A stretch of DNA of 64,000 nucleotides from an uncultured Clostridia bacterium (GCA_947630745.1 CANRIT010000001.1:30732-94731), one strand, 5' to 3'. Shown: positions 37,278 through 46,383, counted from the first letter of the stretch. Numbers and translations: made by a program. Notes: generated by a model from the letters alone, not told the origin.

Positions 37278-37300
37278 AAAAAAAACAGGCACAAAGCCTG
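37278..37300 (-). terminator. intrinsic terminator of ypeB
   Basis: On the minus strand: CAGGC-TTTGT-GCCTG followed by TTTTTTTT, directly after the TAG stop. Confidence 0.6.
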
Positions 37301-38716
37301 CTAAATTAATTTATTCACCCCTTTTATGCTTACAAGTTTCATGGTCTTGGCAATCTGGTTTGAGTTGGCGTCAATGTAGTAGAAATACATGCCGTCAATT
37401 CGGTCAAGCATAAATTCGTAGGCAGAAATCTCTTTGCCGCTATCTAGGCGGATAACTGTTTTGCTGGTCTTTAAAATCTCGTAGTCAAAGCCAAGCAATT
37501 TTTCCGCATCTTCAACTGGCACATTGAATTCCGGCTCGCGTTCAACATGGTTAAGGGCATAGTTAACCGCTTCCAAGCCAATAATGTCTTGCGCGGTTAA
37601 ATCCACCTTAACTTTCACAAGGTCGGGGTAGTAAATAACATCATTTTTAACTGGTGCAAGGTTGACATACGCTACATTTTCGTGCACTTCAAGCCAAACG
37701 GGTTGCATGCTGTCAAAGCCGATGTTGTTGGCATAAGTTTTTGCCATTTCGCTTGCTTGTTCGCTTTTCATAATCGGGTCGCCCGACACCGCATATCCAG
37801 ACAAGGTTATAAGCAGCCCGCCACGCTTGCTAACTTGTGCGGTAAACCTTTTTTCTGTGGTGGAAATGGTGAAGTCGTAGGTCGCGATGTCGCCGCCCGT
37901 TTCCTTTTCAAATTCTATTTTTACTTTGCGATTTTTAAACACTTTGTCGGACAAATACTTTGCCGCATCATCTTTTGAAATCTCGTTTTCAGGCAGTCCT
38001 TTAACTTGCTTGGTTTCTAGCGCGGTGGAAAAAGGTCCATCAAAAATCATGGCGGGATATTCTATGTTTGCACTGGTCATATCTCCCATGCTTGCAGAAA
38101 GTTCGTTCATGCCAGTTTTATCAAAAATGCCCGCATCAACAAAGTTAAAATTTGTGTCGTACATGCCATAGTTTTGCGTGTTTAAATTCGCCTTAATTCT
38201 TCCCACAACAAGCGCGATTTTGTCAAACAAAAGCTCTTGCTCTTGCGTCAAATTTTCACCCTTGTAAAGCGCCGCGCTGTACGCCTCACACACGCCATTC
38301 ACTTGATTAAAAAATTTAGTGGCAGCCACCACATTTTCTTGGTTTATTGGCAGCACACTAAGCCCGCCCAAAATGTAGTTGCAATCCACCATCATGTCTT
38401 GCATAGTGTTTAACTTGGCTTGCGTGGTGCTAAGGTTTGGATACTTTGCCAAATCCACCGCCAAGTTGTTGACATTATCCACCATTGAATAATAACTTGA
38501 AGTGTAAACACCTTCCAAAATGTTGGCATTTTGCTTGTTTGATTTGTTAACTTGATAATACGCAACCAAAACACAGCCCAAAATTACCACCAACGATACA
38601 ATTGCCACAATCAAAATTGGCACCGCCTTTTGCGCATTGGTTTTCTTTTTGGTGTCTTTTTGCTGATTTACATTGCTTTTACTTTCCATGTTTTCCGAAA
38701 CAATTTTCTGCTTCAT
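37301..38716 (-). CDS. ypeB: germination protein YpeB (PepSY-domain partner of SleB)
   Basis: 471 aa with an N-terminal TM helix. Length and architecture match YpeB, and it lies downstream of sleB. GGGGGAAAGG RBS. Confidence 0.75.
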   Translation of the reverse strand: MKQKIVSENMESKSNVNQQKDTKKKTNAQKAVPILIVAIVSLVVILGCVLVAYYQVNKSNKQNANILEGVYTSSYYSMVDNVNNLAVDLAKYPNLSTTQAKLNTMQDMMVDCNYILGGLSVLPINQENVVAATKFFNQVNGVCEAYSAALYKGENLTQEQELLFDKIALVVGRIKANLNTQNYGMYDTNFNFVDAGIFDKTGMNELSASMGDMTSANIEYPAMIFDGPFSTALETKQVKGLPENEISKDDAAKYLSDKVFKNRKVKIEFEKETGGDIATYDFTISTTEKRFTAQVSKRGGLLITLSGYAVSGDPIMKSEQASEMAKTYANNIGFDSMQPVWLEVHENVAYVNLAPVKNDVIYYPDLVKVKVDLTAQDIIGLEAVNYALNHVEREPEFNVPVEDAEKLLGFDYEILKTSKTVIRLDSGKEISAYEFMLDRIDGMYFYYIDANSNQIAKTMKLVSIKGVNKLI

Positions 38717-39105
38717 CCTTTCCCCCTTTAACTAATATTATTTTTTATAATTTTGTTAAATTTATTTACATTTTTTAATATTTTTTGCATTTTTTATTAA
38801 TTTTTATAAAATTTTCCTTAATTTTTTAATAATTTTTATTTTTTATCAACTTTTATTGGTCTTAATATTTTTTAAATTCAAATTAAATTTTAAAAAATCC
38901 TATTTTTAAGTATTTTTAAACTTTTAAATAATTTTAATTTACTAATTACTTATCAAACAATTTTTGATTTTTTATAAAAATTATTAATTTTTTTATTAAT
39001 TTTCATATATTTTTGATAATTTAATAACTATTTTATAATTTTTTTCACATTTTCACGATTTTCAACCTTTCTTTATAGGCCCAAAATACTCCACCCCAAA
39101 AACCT

Positions 39106-39649
39106 GGAGCGGCATTTGATTAAAGTACGTTAGCTTTTGGGATGCAATGGATTGCGGGTGAACGACTTTCCTCTTAATCTTTCTAGTTCGACCCTTACCC
39201 TAGGAGCGGCATTTGATTAAAGTATGTTAGCAATTGAGGATAAAAGTGTTATGCACGAACGACTTTTAATTTATCCTTATGAGACTTACTCGCCTTACCC
39301 CAGAGCCTGGAGCGGCATTTGATTGGGTTATTGTGCCTTTGTGCGTTGGGTGTTGTACACTCACGACTTTGCTTTTAAATTGTCCTTATAAGACCCGATT
39401 ATTTTACCCGCACCACTGGAGCGGCCTTTGATTAAAGTATGTTAGCTTTTGGGATGCAATGGATTGCGGGTGAACGACTTTCCTCTTAAATCTTTCTCGT
39501 TCAACCCTTACCCCAGGAGCGGCATTTGATTAAAGTATGTTAGCTTTTGAGGATAAAAGTGTTATGCGTGAACGACTTTGCCGTAGGCACCTTAGTGAGC
39601 GCATAATACTTTTGTCCTCACCCGTAACTAATTTAACTAACAAGCGACT
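39106..39649 (+). repeat. array of five head-to-tail modular structured repeat units (97-134 nt) between sleB and ypeB
   Basis: Units start at 39106, 39203, 39309, 39418 and 39516. Each begins GGAGCGGCATTTGATT(AAAGTATGTTAGC) and carries (GA)ACGACTTT. The variable arms are of three types. The last unit has a 22-bp stem and the tail CCCGTAACTAATTTAACTAACAAGCGA ending at the sleB stop codon. Confidence 0.9.
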
Positions 39650-40351
39650 TTAAACAGCGAACACATGATTCCCAATTGTCGTCACATATTTAGTTGTGCG
39701 AATCCAACTGCTTGTTGCGGTTTTTGGATTGTAATAGTAAACCGAGCCATAAGTTGGGTCCCAACCATTAAGCGCATCGTCCGCCGCTTGATATGCGGTT
39801 GGATTTGGCTCTAAGTTTATTTGCCCGTCATTAACCGCAGTAAACGCCCATGGCTGATAAACCACGCCAGCCACCGTGTTAGGAAATCTGCTGTCCCGCA
39901 CGCGATTAAGCACCACCGCGCCAATTGCCACCTGCCCGGTATAGCTTTCGCCACGCGCCTCGGCGTAAATAACTTTTGCCAGCAAATATCTGTCGTTGCT
40001 GTTGTAGGTTGAACTGCTTGTCGCTTTTGACACGCTCAGCCCCATTTTTGCTGCAGTAAGTGGCCCAACAATTCCGTCCGCAGTCAATCCATATTTGCGC
40101 TGAAAAGCCTTTACCGCAGCAATGGTTTTTGGTCCATTAATTCCGTCCACGCTGCCCGTGTAATATCCCCATTTTTTAAGCCGCGTTTGAACATCTTTTG
40201 TGTTCGCCACCGCCGCGTCTACAATTTCAGTTGACACCGCCTTCGCCTCGGCCACCCGTGATTTTTTACTGTTTTTAACAAGCGCCCCGCCAGCGAATAT
40301 GCCCGCAACTGCAAAAACCACAAGCATGCAAAATATAAAAATCTTTTTCAC
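39650..40351 (-). CDS. sleB: spore cortex-lytic enzyme SleB (PG_binding_1 + Hydrolase_2)
   Basis: GTG start after GGAGG (VKKIFIFCML...). PG-binding repeat (LKKWGYYTGSVDGINGPKTIAAVKAFQRKYGLTADGIVG). SleB catalytic domain (AKVIYAEARGESYTGQVAIGAVVLNRV...FPNTVAGVVYQPWAF). Confidence 0.9.
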   Translation of the reverse strand: MKKIFIFCMLVVFAVAGIFAGGALVKNSKKSRVAEAKAVSTEIVDAAVANTKDVQTRLKKWGYYTGSVDGINGPKTIAAVKAFQRKYGLTADGIVGPLTAAKMGLSVSKATSSSTYNSNDRYLLAKVIYAEARGESYTGQVAIGAVVLNRVRDSRFPNTVAGVVYQPWAFTAVNDGQINLEPNPTAYQAADDALNGWDPTYGSVYYYNPKTATSSWIRTTKYVTTIGNHVFAV

Positions 40352-40576
40352 TTTTTCCTCCGTTTCCCCTATTTTGCAACCCGCCCGCAAAATTATGCAA
40401 AAATTTCCAAATTTTTAAAAAATAACGGTTTAATTTATAGAAAAATGTTCATAAAGTTTTTATGCGAATATGAAAAAGAAAAAGCACAAGCATGTTTTGT
40501 TACAACAAGACTTGCGCTAGTATATTTATTTACTTAAAAATTTTGAGATTTGGCATTTTAAATTCATCAAAAAGTT

Positions 40577-41098
40577 TTAATTAAAAATCTTTTTAAACCA
40601 CTCGGCGATTTTGGATTTGAATGTGATGGATGTGCTGCCATTGTTTTCGCCCACAAAGCAAAGCGGCGGATACATAACGCACCACCAGTTGTCGCCCGAT
40701 GCGCTACCAAGTTCAACAATCACCGCATCATAATAACCAGATTCAAGCGTAGTGTTGTTGTAAGTGCGGGTGGGGAAATATTCGTTGTTAATTTTTACAT
40801 GCACGTTATAGTTAAAGCCGTTTTTGCTAAGCGTTTTTTGGCAAAGGCTTTCAAGCGCTGACATATTTTTTTCAACAATTTTTATTGCGTCCGCCTTGGT
40901 TGGAACATTGCAAAGTTTTGGGGTTAAGAATTTTACCACTTCGTCCTTAACCAGATATTTAACATTTTGGTCAACCGCCAAATTGCTGTTGGCGCGGATA
41001 TGTATGCGCAAATAGTCGTAATCCTTTTCTTTTGGCAAAAACACCGCCACCACCCCAACAACAATCATCAATAAAACTGCAAACACAAATTTTTTCAT
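40577..41098 (-). CDS. spoIIR: stage II sporulation protein R
   Basis: 173 aa. Signal/TM, LRIHIRANSN and the hallmark DNWWCVMYPPLCF. Confidence 0.9.
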   Translation of the reverse strand: MKKFVFAVLLMIVVGVVAVFLPKEKDYDYLRIHIRANSNLAVDQNVKYLVKDEVVKFLTPKLCNVPTKADAIKIVEKNMSALESLCQKTLSKNGFNYNVHVKINNEYFPTRTYNNTTLESGYYDAVIVELGSASGDNWWCVMYPPLCFVGENNGSTSITFKSKIAEWFKKIFN

Positions 41099-41318
41099 AC
41101 TTCAATTTTTGCCCGTCCGCCGCACAAAAAACAAAAAAATTAGATAGATTGTAAAACAATTTCAACTTTTTTGTAGAATTTTTCTTGTTGCTTGCACGTT
41201 TTAATTATTTTTCAAATTTTGGTAATAATATATTATAGGTAAACTTTTTTATAAAAAACTATTCACAAATTTATAAAAATGTTATAGCCCTAACCCATTA
41301 AAGCAAGGATTAAAAAAG

Positions 41319-41339
41319 AAGTGGGATTTATTCCCACTT
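41319..41339. terminator. intrinsic terminator downstream of the amidase gene
   Basis: AAGTGGGA-TTTAT-TCCCACTT flanked by A- and T-runs. Confidence 0.6.
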
Positions 41340-41373
41340 TTTTAATTAAGGATTATATTTATTTTTATATTCT

Positions 41374-42429
41374 TTACGGCTGCGGGCGGCCGGAAGATGA
41401 AAGCAGGGCGCGCCAAGTGTTTGGTCCAACTATGCCGTCTGGGGTAAGGTTGTTTTCAGTTTGAAAGGCTTGCACTGCGCGTTCGGTTTCCGCGCCAAAA
41501 ATGCCATCCAAGTCCATAATTGGATAAAGATAACTTAAAAGCAGCCTTTGCAGATACAGCACCGCGCTTTTTCTGCTGCCGCGCCTTAGCGTGTAGGCGG
41601 ACGGATTTAAATTTAAAAGCTCACTCCATGTGTTTGCGCCCACAATTCCGTCTTGGGCTAGGTTGTTGTTTTGCTGAAAAGATAGCACTGCGCGATATGT
41701 GTTTCCGCCAAAAATGCCGTCAGTGGAAATGTCGTAACCATATTCGCGCAACAAATATTGTAGCATCTCAACACGATTTCCACGGCTATTTTGCCTTAAA
41801 GTTGGATAGTTTTGAATTTCACGCGCAACAAACGGCACATCTAAAAACTGGCAAATCGCTTGGCAACACGCCTCGCCCACGGCAAGTGTAAAATTTGGAT
41901 TTAGCATAAGTTTTGCCTCACCAAAATTTGTCATAAATCCCGCCTCAATCAAACTTGAAACGCAGTTTACATTTGATAGCACGCCCACAGACAAACTGCC
42001 CACAAATCTCCCCGGTCTGCCCGTGTTGGCAACCACTTGATTGAAAATAAGTTCGCTTAAGCGTCTACTTTCGCTGGCGCGCGGATTAAACGGGCTGTAA
42101 TACACTTCCACCCCTTGCGCTGCACTAAAATTGTTGCCGTCGCCCGCCGCATTGTATGCAAAGGTTACAAGCGCATTCAATCCAGCCGCATTTATCCGCC
42201 TAACCCGTGTGGAAATGCTGACATCTTGGACCTCGGGGTGTACATCAAAAATGTTAAAATTACACCTTAAAAGTGCCAAAATAAATTGCAATTTTGCTTG
42301 CCTATTAAATTCGTTTTCGTAAAAACTTCGATTGATATAACTTATCCTTGGGGTGCGCTTGCCCGCAGTGGGTGGATTTAATCCATGCTCGTCGTTTGCC
42401 CCAATCAAAAAACTAATCGCTTCCGCCAT
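41374..42429 (-). CDS. N-acetylmuramoyl-L-alanine amidase (Amidase_3) with two C-terminal PG_binding_1 repeats
   Basis: LIEAGFMTN Amidase_3 signature. Two repeats of Q..L...GY....DGIFG..T..AV..FQ..N.L..DGIVG..TW. A GTG at 42435 is an alternative start. Confidence 0.8.
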   Translation of the reverse strand: MAEAISFLIGANDEHGLNPPTAGKRTPRISYINRSFYENEFNRQAKLQFILALLRCNFNIFDVHPEVQDVSISTRVRRINAAGLNALVTFAYNAAGDGNNFSAAQGVEVYYSPFNPRASESRRLSELIFNQVVANTGRPGRFVGSLSVGVLSNVNCVSSLIEAGFMTNFGEAKLMLNPNFTLAVGEACCQAICQFLDVPFVAREIQNYPTLRQNSRGNRVEMLQYLLREYGYDISTDGIFGGNTYRAVLSFQQNNNLAQDGIVGANTWSELLNLNPSAYTLRRGSRKSAVLYLQRLLLSYLYPIMDLDGIFGAETERAVQAFQTENNLTPDGIVGPNTWRALLSSSGRPQP

Positions 42430-42500
42430 ATTCACCTCACAAATTTTTATGAGGCAAAAGATAATTTTGTTAATTTTTGTGGCAAAAATAAAAAACCAAT

Positions 42501-43808
42501 CTATTTTTTAGATTGGTAAGTGGTATGTAGATATTTTTTTGCCGTGTCCGAAAGCGGCTTGTTTAAAAATTCTTTATACAATTTGTTTATTTGCGGATTT
42601 AAATAACTTGCGCGAACCTGCATTTTTTCGTCCGCCGAGTACAGCCCATTTGCGCGCGCCTCCACAGTAGAAAAGGTGTTGTTGCATTTTGGTTGCCCGC
42701 CCCCGCCAACGCAGCCATTTGGGCAGGTCATAACTTCTATAAAATCGTATTTTTTGGTTTTTAATTTATCCAAAACCGAGCGCGCCGCCGCCGTGCCAAA
42801 AATTACGCAAAGTTTAATTTCTTTATTAAGCAGTTTTATTTTTGCCGTTTTTATATTTGTTGTGCCGCGCACTGCGGAAAAATTTAACAAATTGGTTGGT
42901 GGATTTTCGCCCGTGGTTAGATAGTAGGCAGTGCGCACAGCCGCTTCCATAACGCCGCCGCTTGCACCAAAAATTACGCCCGCGCCGCTGCCGGTTGGAT
43001 AGGCGGAATCAAACTGCTCATCTTTAAGCGTTTTGAAGTTGATTTTTTGGCTTTTTAAAAGTTTGCCCAACTCGCGCACGGTTATAACAAGGTTACAATT
43101 TTGTCCATATTCGCCAACAAGTTCTGGGCGCTTTGCCTCGTATTTTTTTGCAACGCATGGGGTGACCGCAACAACATAAAGATTGGTTGGGTCAATTCCG
43201 TTTTGTTTCGCAAAATGATGCTTTAAAATGCTGGCTTGCATGCCAATTGGGCTGCGGCAACTGGATAGATTGTTAATATATTGCGGATAAAATGTTTCCA
43301 CAAACTTCACCCACGCTGGGCAGCAACTTGTAAACTGCGGAAGGTTGTTGCCGGATTTTATGCGTTCAATAAGCTCGCTTGCCTCTTCCATAATTGTTAA
43401 ATCCGCACCAAAAGTGGTGTCAAAAACATATTCCGCACCCAATTTTTTTAATGCCGCCACCATTTTGCCCGTAACCAACTCGCCCGCTGGCATATTAAAC
43501 ATCTCGCCAAGCGAAACGCGCACGCTTGGGCTTACAATAATCGCCACCTTTTTGCCCGAATTTATGGCTTGCATAAAGGTTGATGTGTCGTCTTGCTCTT
43601 CAATGCTGTCAACTGGGCAGACATTTGCGCATTGTCCACAATTTATGCACACAATGTCGTTGCCGTCATATTTCCAATACCCCGCCACCCCTATCTGTTT
43701 TGCGCAGACATCTTTACATTTTCCACACAACACACAGCGGCTTTCTTTACGCCTAATTGATGGATTGTCGTGCGCAATTGGCACGCGAATTTCACTGTAT
43801 TTTTCCAT
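42501..43808 (-). CDS. [FeFe]-hydrogenase catalytic subunit (short form with N-terminal 2x[4Fe-4S] domain)
   Basis: 435 aa. Ferredoxin-type C..C..C...C clusters. H-cluster motifs FTSCCPAWV, TPCVAKKYE and EVMTCPNGCVGGGGQP. Confidence 0.85.
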   Translation of the reverse strand: MEKYSEIRVPIAHDNPSIRRKESRCVLCGKCKDVCAKQIGVAGYWKYDGNDIVCINCGQCANVCPVDSIEEQDDTSTFMQAINSGKKVAIIVSPSVRVSLGEMFNMPAGELVTGKMVAALKKLGAEYVFDTTFGADLTIMEEASELIERIKSGNNLPQFTSCCPAWVKFVETFYPQYINNLSSCRSPIGMQASILKHHFAKQNGIDPTNLYVVAVTPCVAKKYEAKRPELVGEYGQNCNLVITVRELGKLLKSQKINFKTLKDEQFDSAYPTGSGAGVIFGASGGVMEAAVRTAYYLTTGENPPTNLLNFSAVRGTTNIKTAKIKLLNKEIKLCVIFGTAAARSVLDKLKTKKYDFIEVMTCPNGCVGGGGQPKCNNTFSTVEARANGLYSADEKMQVRASYLNPQINKLYKEFLNKPLSDTAKKYLHTTYQSKK

Positions 43809-43856
43809 ATTTCTCCTTTGTAAATATATGCGGTTAGGTTTATCAAAAGAAGTTGT

Positions 43857-45107
43857 TTATTTGCTAAGTTGTTTTGGCGGCTTGTTTTGGTCAACATCCG
43901 CAAAACTTGTTACAAAATCTGCCACTTCGCCAATTTTATCATAGAAATTTTTTAAGTTTTTGGGCTTTAAATATAGCGCAACATTGTAGTTTTGTTTTAA
44001 TTTTTCCTTAATTTTAAACACCTCAACAATGTTGTCTTGCTCTTCGTACAAAAGTGCCAAATTGGGTTTTAAATTAAAGGTTGTGCCGCGTTCGCGTATA
44101 AGCATGCACACTGGCTCATACCCAATTGACATACCCACTGCGGGTATATCCACACCGGCAAATTTTTTAATCATTCCGTCATACCTACCACCCGCACCAA
44201 TTGCACCCGAAAAGCCTTCGGTATATACTTCGTAAATTGTGCCAGTGTAATACCCCTGCCCCCTTACAATTGAAATATCAAACTGAATGTTGTGTTTATG
44301 CCCGGTAAGGGTATTTAGCGTATCGATTAAATATTGTAGATTTTTTACAATCGCATTTTCCACGCCATAGTTGGTCACGCACATAAGCCCATGCGCTTGT
44401 ATGTCCGACAGACTATCAACAAGGCGGTTGATTTTATCAGTATCAAAGCCCTTTTCAATAAGTTCCATCATCACGCCGTTAAGCGAAATTTTGTCAATTT
44501 TATCCAAACTTACGCACACCGAATTTATATCCGCCTCATCAAATCCCGCATTCAGCACAATTGCGTTTAAAATCTGCCTGCTGTTTACCTTTATTGTAAG
44601 CGCATTAAAGCCAAGTTTTTCGTACGTGTCGATGGCGGTTTTAATAAGTTCCAACTCAGCATTTACGCTTTTATCCCCAAAAACATCAATATCGCACTGC
44701 ACAAACTGCCTATTTCGCCCGCGCTGTGGCCGCTCCGCCCTAAACGCGTAATCCAACTGTACTGCCTTAAATGGCGTAGGCAATTTATCCTTATTGTTGC
44801 AATAAAAACGCGCAAGCGGCACGGTTAAATCGTAGCGCAAACCCTCTTCCACAATGTCCGCCTCGGTTAAATTTGGCTTGGATAAGTCAAGTTTGTCGCC
44901 GCGCTTTATTGTTTTAAACATAAGGCGCAGATTTTCGCCCCCTTCGCTTGAATTTAAAAAATTTAACCCTTCCAAAACGGGGGTGGAAATAAGGTTGTAT
45001 CCGTTTGATGTGTAACTATCCAAAATAATTTGGCGCACTTGTTCGCGTATTTTTGCCTCGGCTGGCAAATAATCGTACGTTCCGCGCACTGGGTTAAAAG
45101 ATTGCAT
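43857..45107 (-). CDS. hisS: histidine--tRNA ligase
   Basis: RGTYDYLP, FRAERPQRGRNRQF.QCD.DVFG and GAGGRYD motifs. The start taken is the ATG after GGAGG; an upstream ATG at 45119 is possible. Confidence 0.92.
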   Translation of the reverse strand: MQSFNPVRGTYDYLPAEAKIREQVRQIILDSYTSNGYNLISTPVLEGLNFLNSSEGGENLRLMFKTIKRGDKLDLSKPNLTEADIVEEGLRYDLTVPLARFYCNNKDKLPTPFKAVQLDYAFRAERPQRGRNRQFVQCDIDVFGDKSVNAELELIKTAIDTYEKLGFNALTIKVNSRQILNAIVLNAGFDEADINSVCVSLDKIDKISLNGVMMELIEKGFDTDKINRLVDSLSDIQAHGLMCVTNYGVENAIVKNLQYLIDTLNTLTGHKHNIQFDISIVRGQGYYTGTIYEVYTEGFSGAIGAGGRYDGMIKKFAGVDIPAVGMSIGYEPVCMLIRERGTTFNLKPNLALLYEEQDNIVEVFKIKEKLKQNYNVALYLKPKNLKNFYDKIGEVADFVTSFADVDQNKPPKQLSK

Positions 45108-45218
45108 TGCTGCCTCCATTTATCCAATTTTAGCATAACAGCAATTTTGTTGTCAAACTTTTTTAAAGTTGAAATGTTTTCACTTGCAAAATTTTTACTT
45201 AGCCCCGTCAATCAAAAC

Positions 45219-45244
45219 AAAAAAAACCGCCACAAATTTGGCGG
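45219..45244 (-). terminator. intrinsic terminator of veg
   Basis: On the minus strand: CCGCCAAATTTGTGGCGG followed by TTTTTTTT. Confidence 0.65.
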
Positions 45245-45260
45245 CATGCGGAAAAAGGTG

Positions 45261-45500
45261 TTAATCGTTGGAAATTTTTACTTCCCCACACAAGATGTCG
45301 TTGTACGAATAGGTGTAAATGTTGTTTAAATTTAATCCGCACGACTTAACAGTAAACACACTTGGGTAAACATCTTCTATGCGGGCACGATAGCTGCTGA
45401 CCTTTCGCCTTCCGCGATTGATATACAAATTAACTTCCTTACCTTTAAGTGCCAAAATGTTGGCTTTAATATTTTCCACAGTATTGGGCATCCTTTTCAT
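45261..45500 (-). CDS. veg: Veg (DUF1021) protein
   Basis: ORF trimmed to the ATG after GGGGA (MKRMPNTVENIKANILALKGKEVNLYINRGRRKVSSYRARIEDVYPSVFTV...). Colinear with B. subtilis Veg. Confidence 0.85.
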   Translation of the reverse strand: MKRMPNTVENIKANILALKGKEVNLYINRGRRKVSSYRARIEDVYPSVFTVKSCGLNLNNIYTYSYNDILCGEVKISND

Positions 45501-45769
45501 ACTTTCCCCCATAATATTGTGGATAATTTTAAGGTTTTTAATCAAATTTTACAAATTTTTACAATTTTTGCGCACGCAAGCGACCCTTAACAAAATATAC
45601 TTAGCCGCATATTATATTTTAAGCCGCATAATATTTTTGATTTGGTTATATTTTGCTTGCAACAGTGTATTATATTTATGCAATAAAAAATTTTAAAAAA
45701 GTTGTTTAAATTAGTAGACAAAATAAATTTTACTAATTATAATATAGTTAGCATTTTTAGGAGGGATTT

Positions 45770-46324
45770 ATGCCAAAAGGAAAATCTACAAAACCAGTTT
45801 GGGTGCTTTGCCCTAGGTGTGAACTTAACTATATAAAAAAATCTGACCAGTATTGTGATGTTTGCAAAAAAGAAATGAAACTTATCGCGCCAAGCGAGGA
45901 TGATATTGGCGATTTGGAACTTTGCCCAATTTGCAAAATTAATTTTGTGCAAAGCGACCAAGAAATTTGCGACAGCTGCCGTCAAGAAATGGGGATTAAC
46001 CCAGACGAAGAGGCGGAAGATAAAGAGATTGCGGACTGGCATAAATACATTGACGATGACGACAACGGCGATGACGATGACGAAGATGAAGACGATGAAG
46101 ACCGCGACAAGTATGACGACTATTCAACGGACGAAGACACTTCTGGCATAGATGACGACTTTGACTTTGGCGACATTGGTGCCGATGGTGACGACTTGGA
46201 TGAGGATGAAGAGTTTGACCCGGGTGAAGAGTTTGACGACCTTGACGACATTGATGATGAAGAAGATGAGGACGAAGAAGACGAAGACGAGGACGATGAT
46301 GACGATGATGATGACGATTTTTAA
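45770..46324 (+). CDS. double zinc-ribbon protein with a ~110-aa poly-Asp/Glu tail
   Basis: 184 aa with a GGAGGG RBS. CPRC..(12)..CDVC and CPIC..(12)..CDSC. From residue ~70 the sequence is mostly D/E and ends DEDDDDDDDDDF. Confidence 0.7.
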   Translation: MPKGKSTKPVWVLCPRCELNYIKKSDQYCDVCKKEMKLIAPSEDDIGDLELCPICKINFVQSDQEICDSCRQEMGINPDEEAEDKEIADWHKYIDDDDNGDDDDEDEDDEDRDKYDDYSTDEDTSGIDDDFDFGDIGADGDDLDEDEEFDPGEEFDDLDDIDDEEDEDEEDEDEDDDDDDDDDF

Positions 46325-46383
46325 TAGTGGGCTTTAATGGTCTATTTAAATAATTTTATCATCAAATTTTAGGTTTATATTAA

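Noticed and set aside
39106-39649. Possible CRISPR array (regularly spaced conserved ~30-nt heads).
   Set aside because: The 'spacers' recur: unit 1 is nearly identical to unit 4, the unit 2 arm equals the unit 5 arm, and the alpha arm reappears at 57 kb. Every unit contains a second conserved box (ACGACTTT). Unit length is ~100 nt. No cas genes are present in the window.
45517-45525. Perfect DnaA box (TGTGGATAA) just upstream of the veg start codon.
   Set aside because: It is a single 9-mer with no neighbouring boxes. By a rough estimate, one such match per ~64 kb on two strands is about what chance gives.
45900-46337. ORFs 45900-46151 and 46152-46337 (alternative frames of the acidic-tail gene).
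   Set aside because: They are frame-shifted readings of the GAY/GAR triplet tract (M/T/K-rich artefacts). The 45770-46324 frame has the RBS, the zinc ribbons and a terminator.
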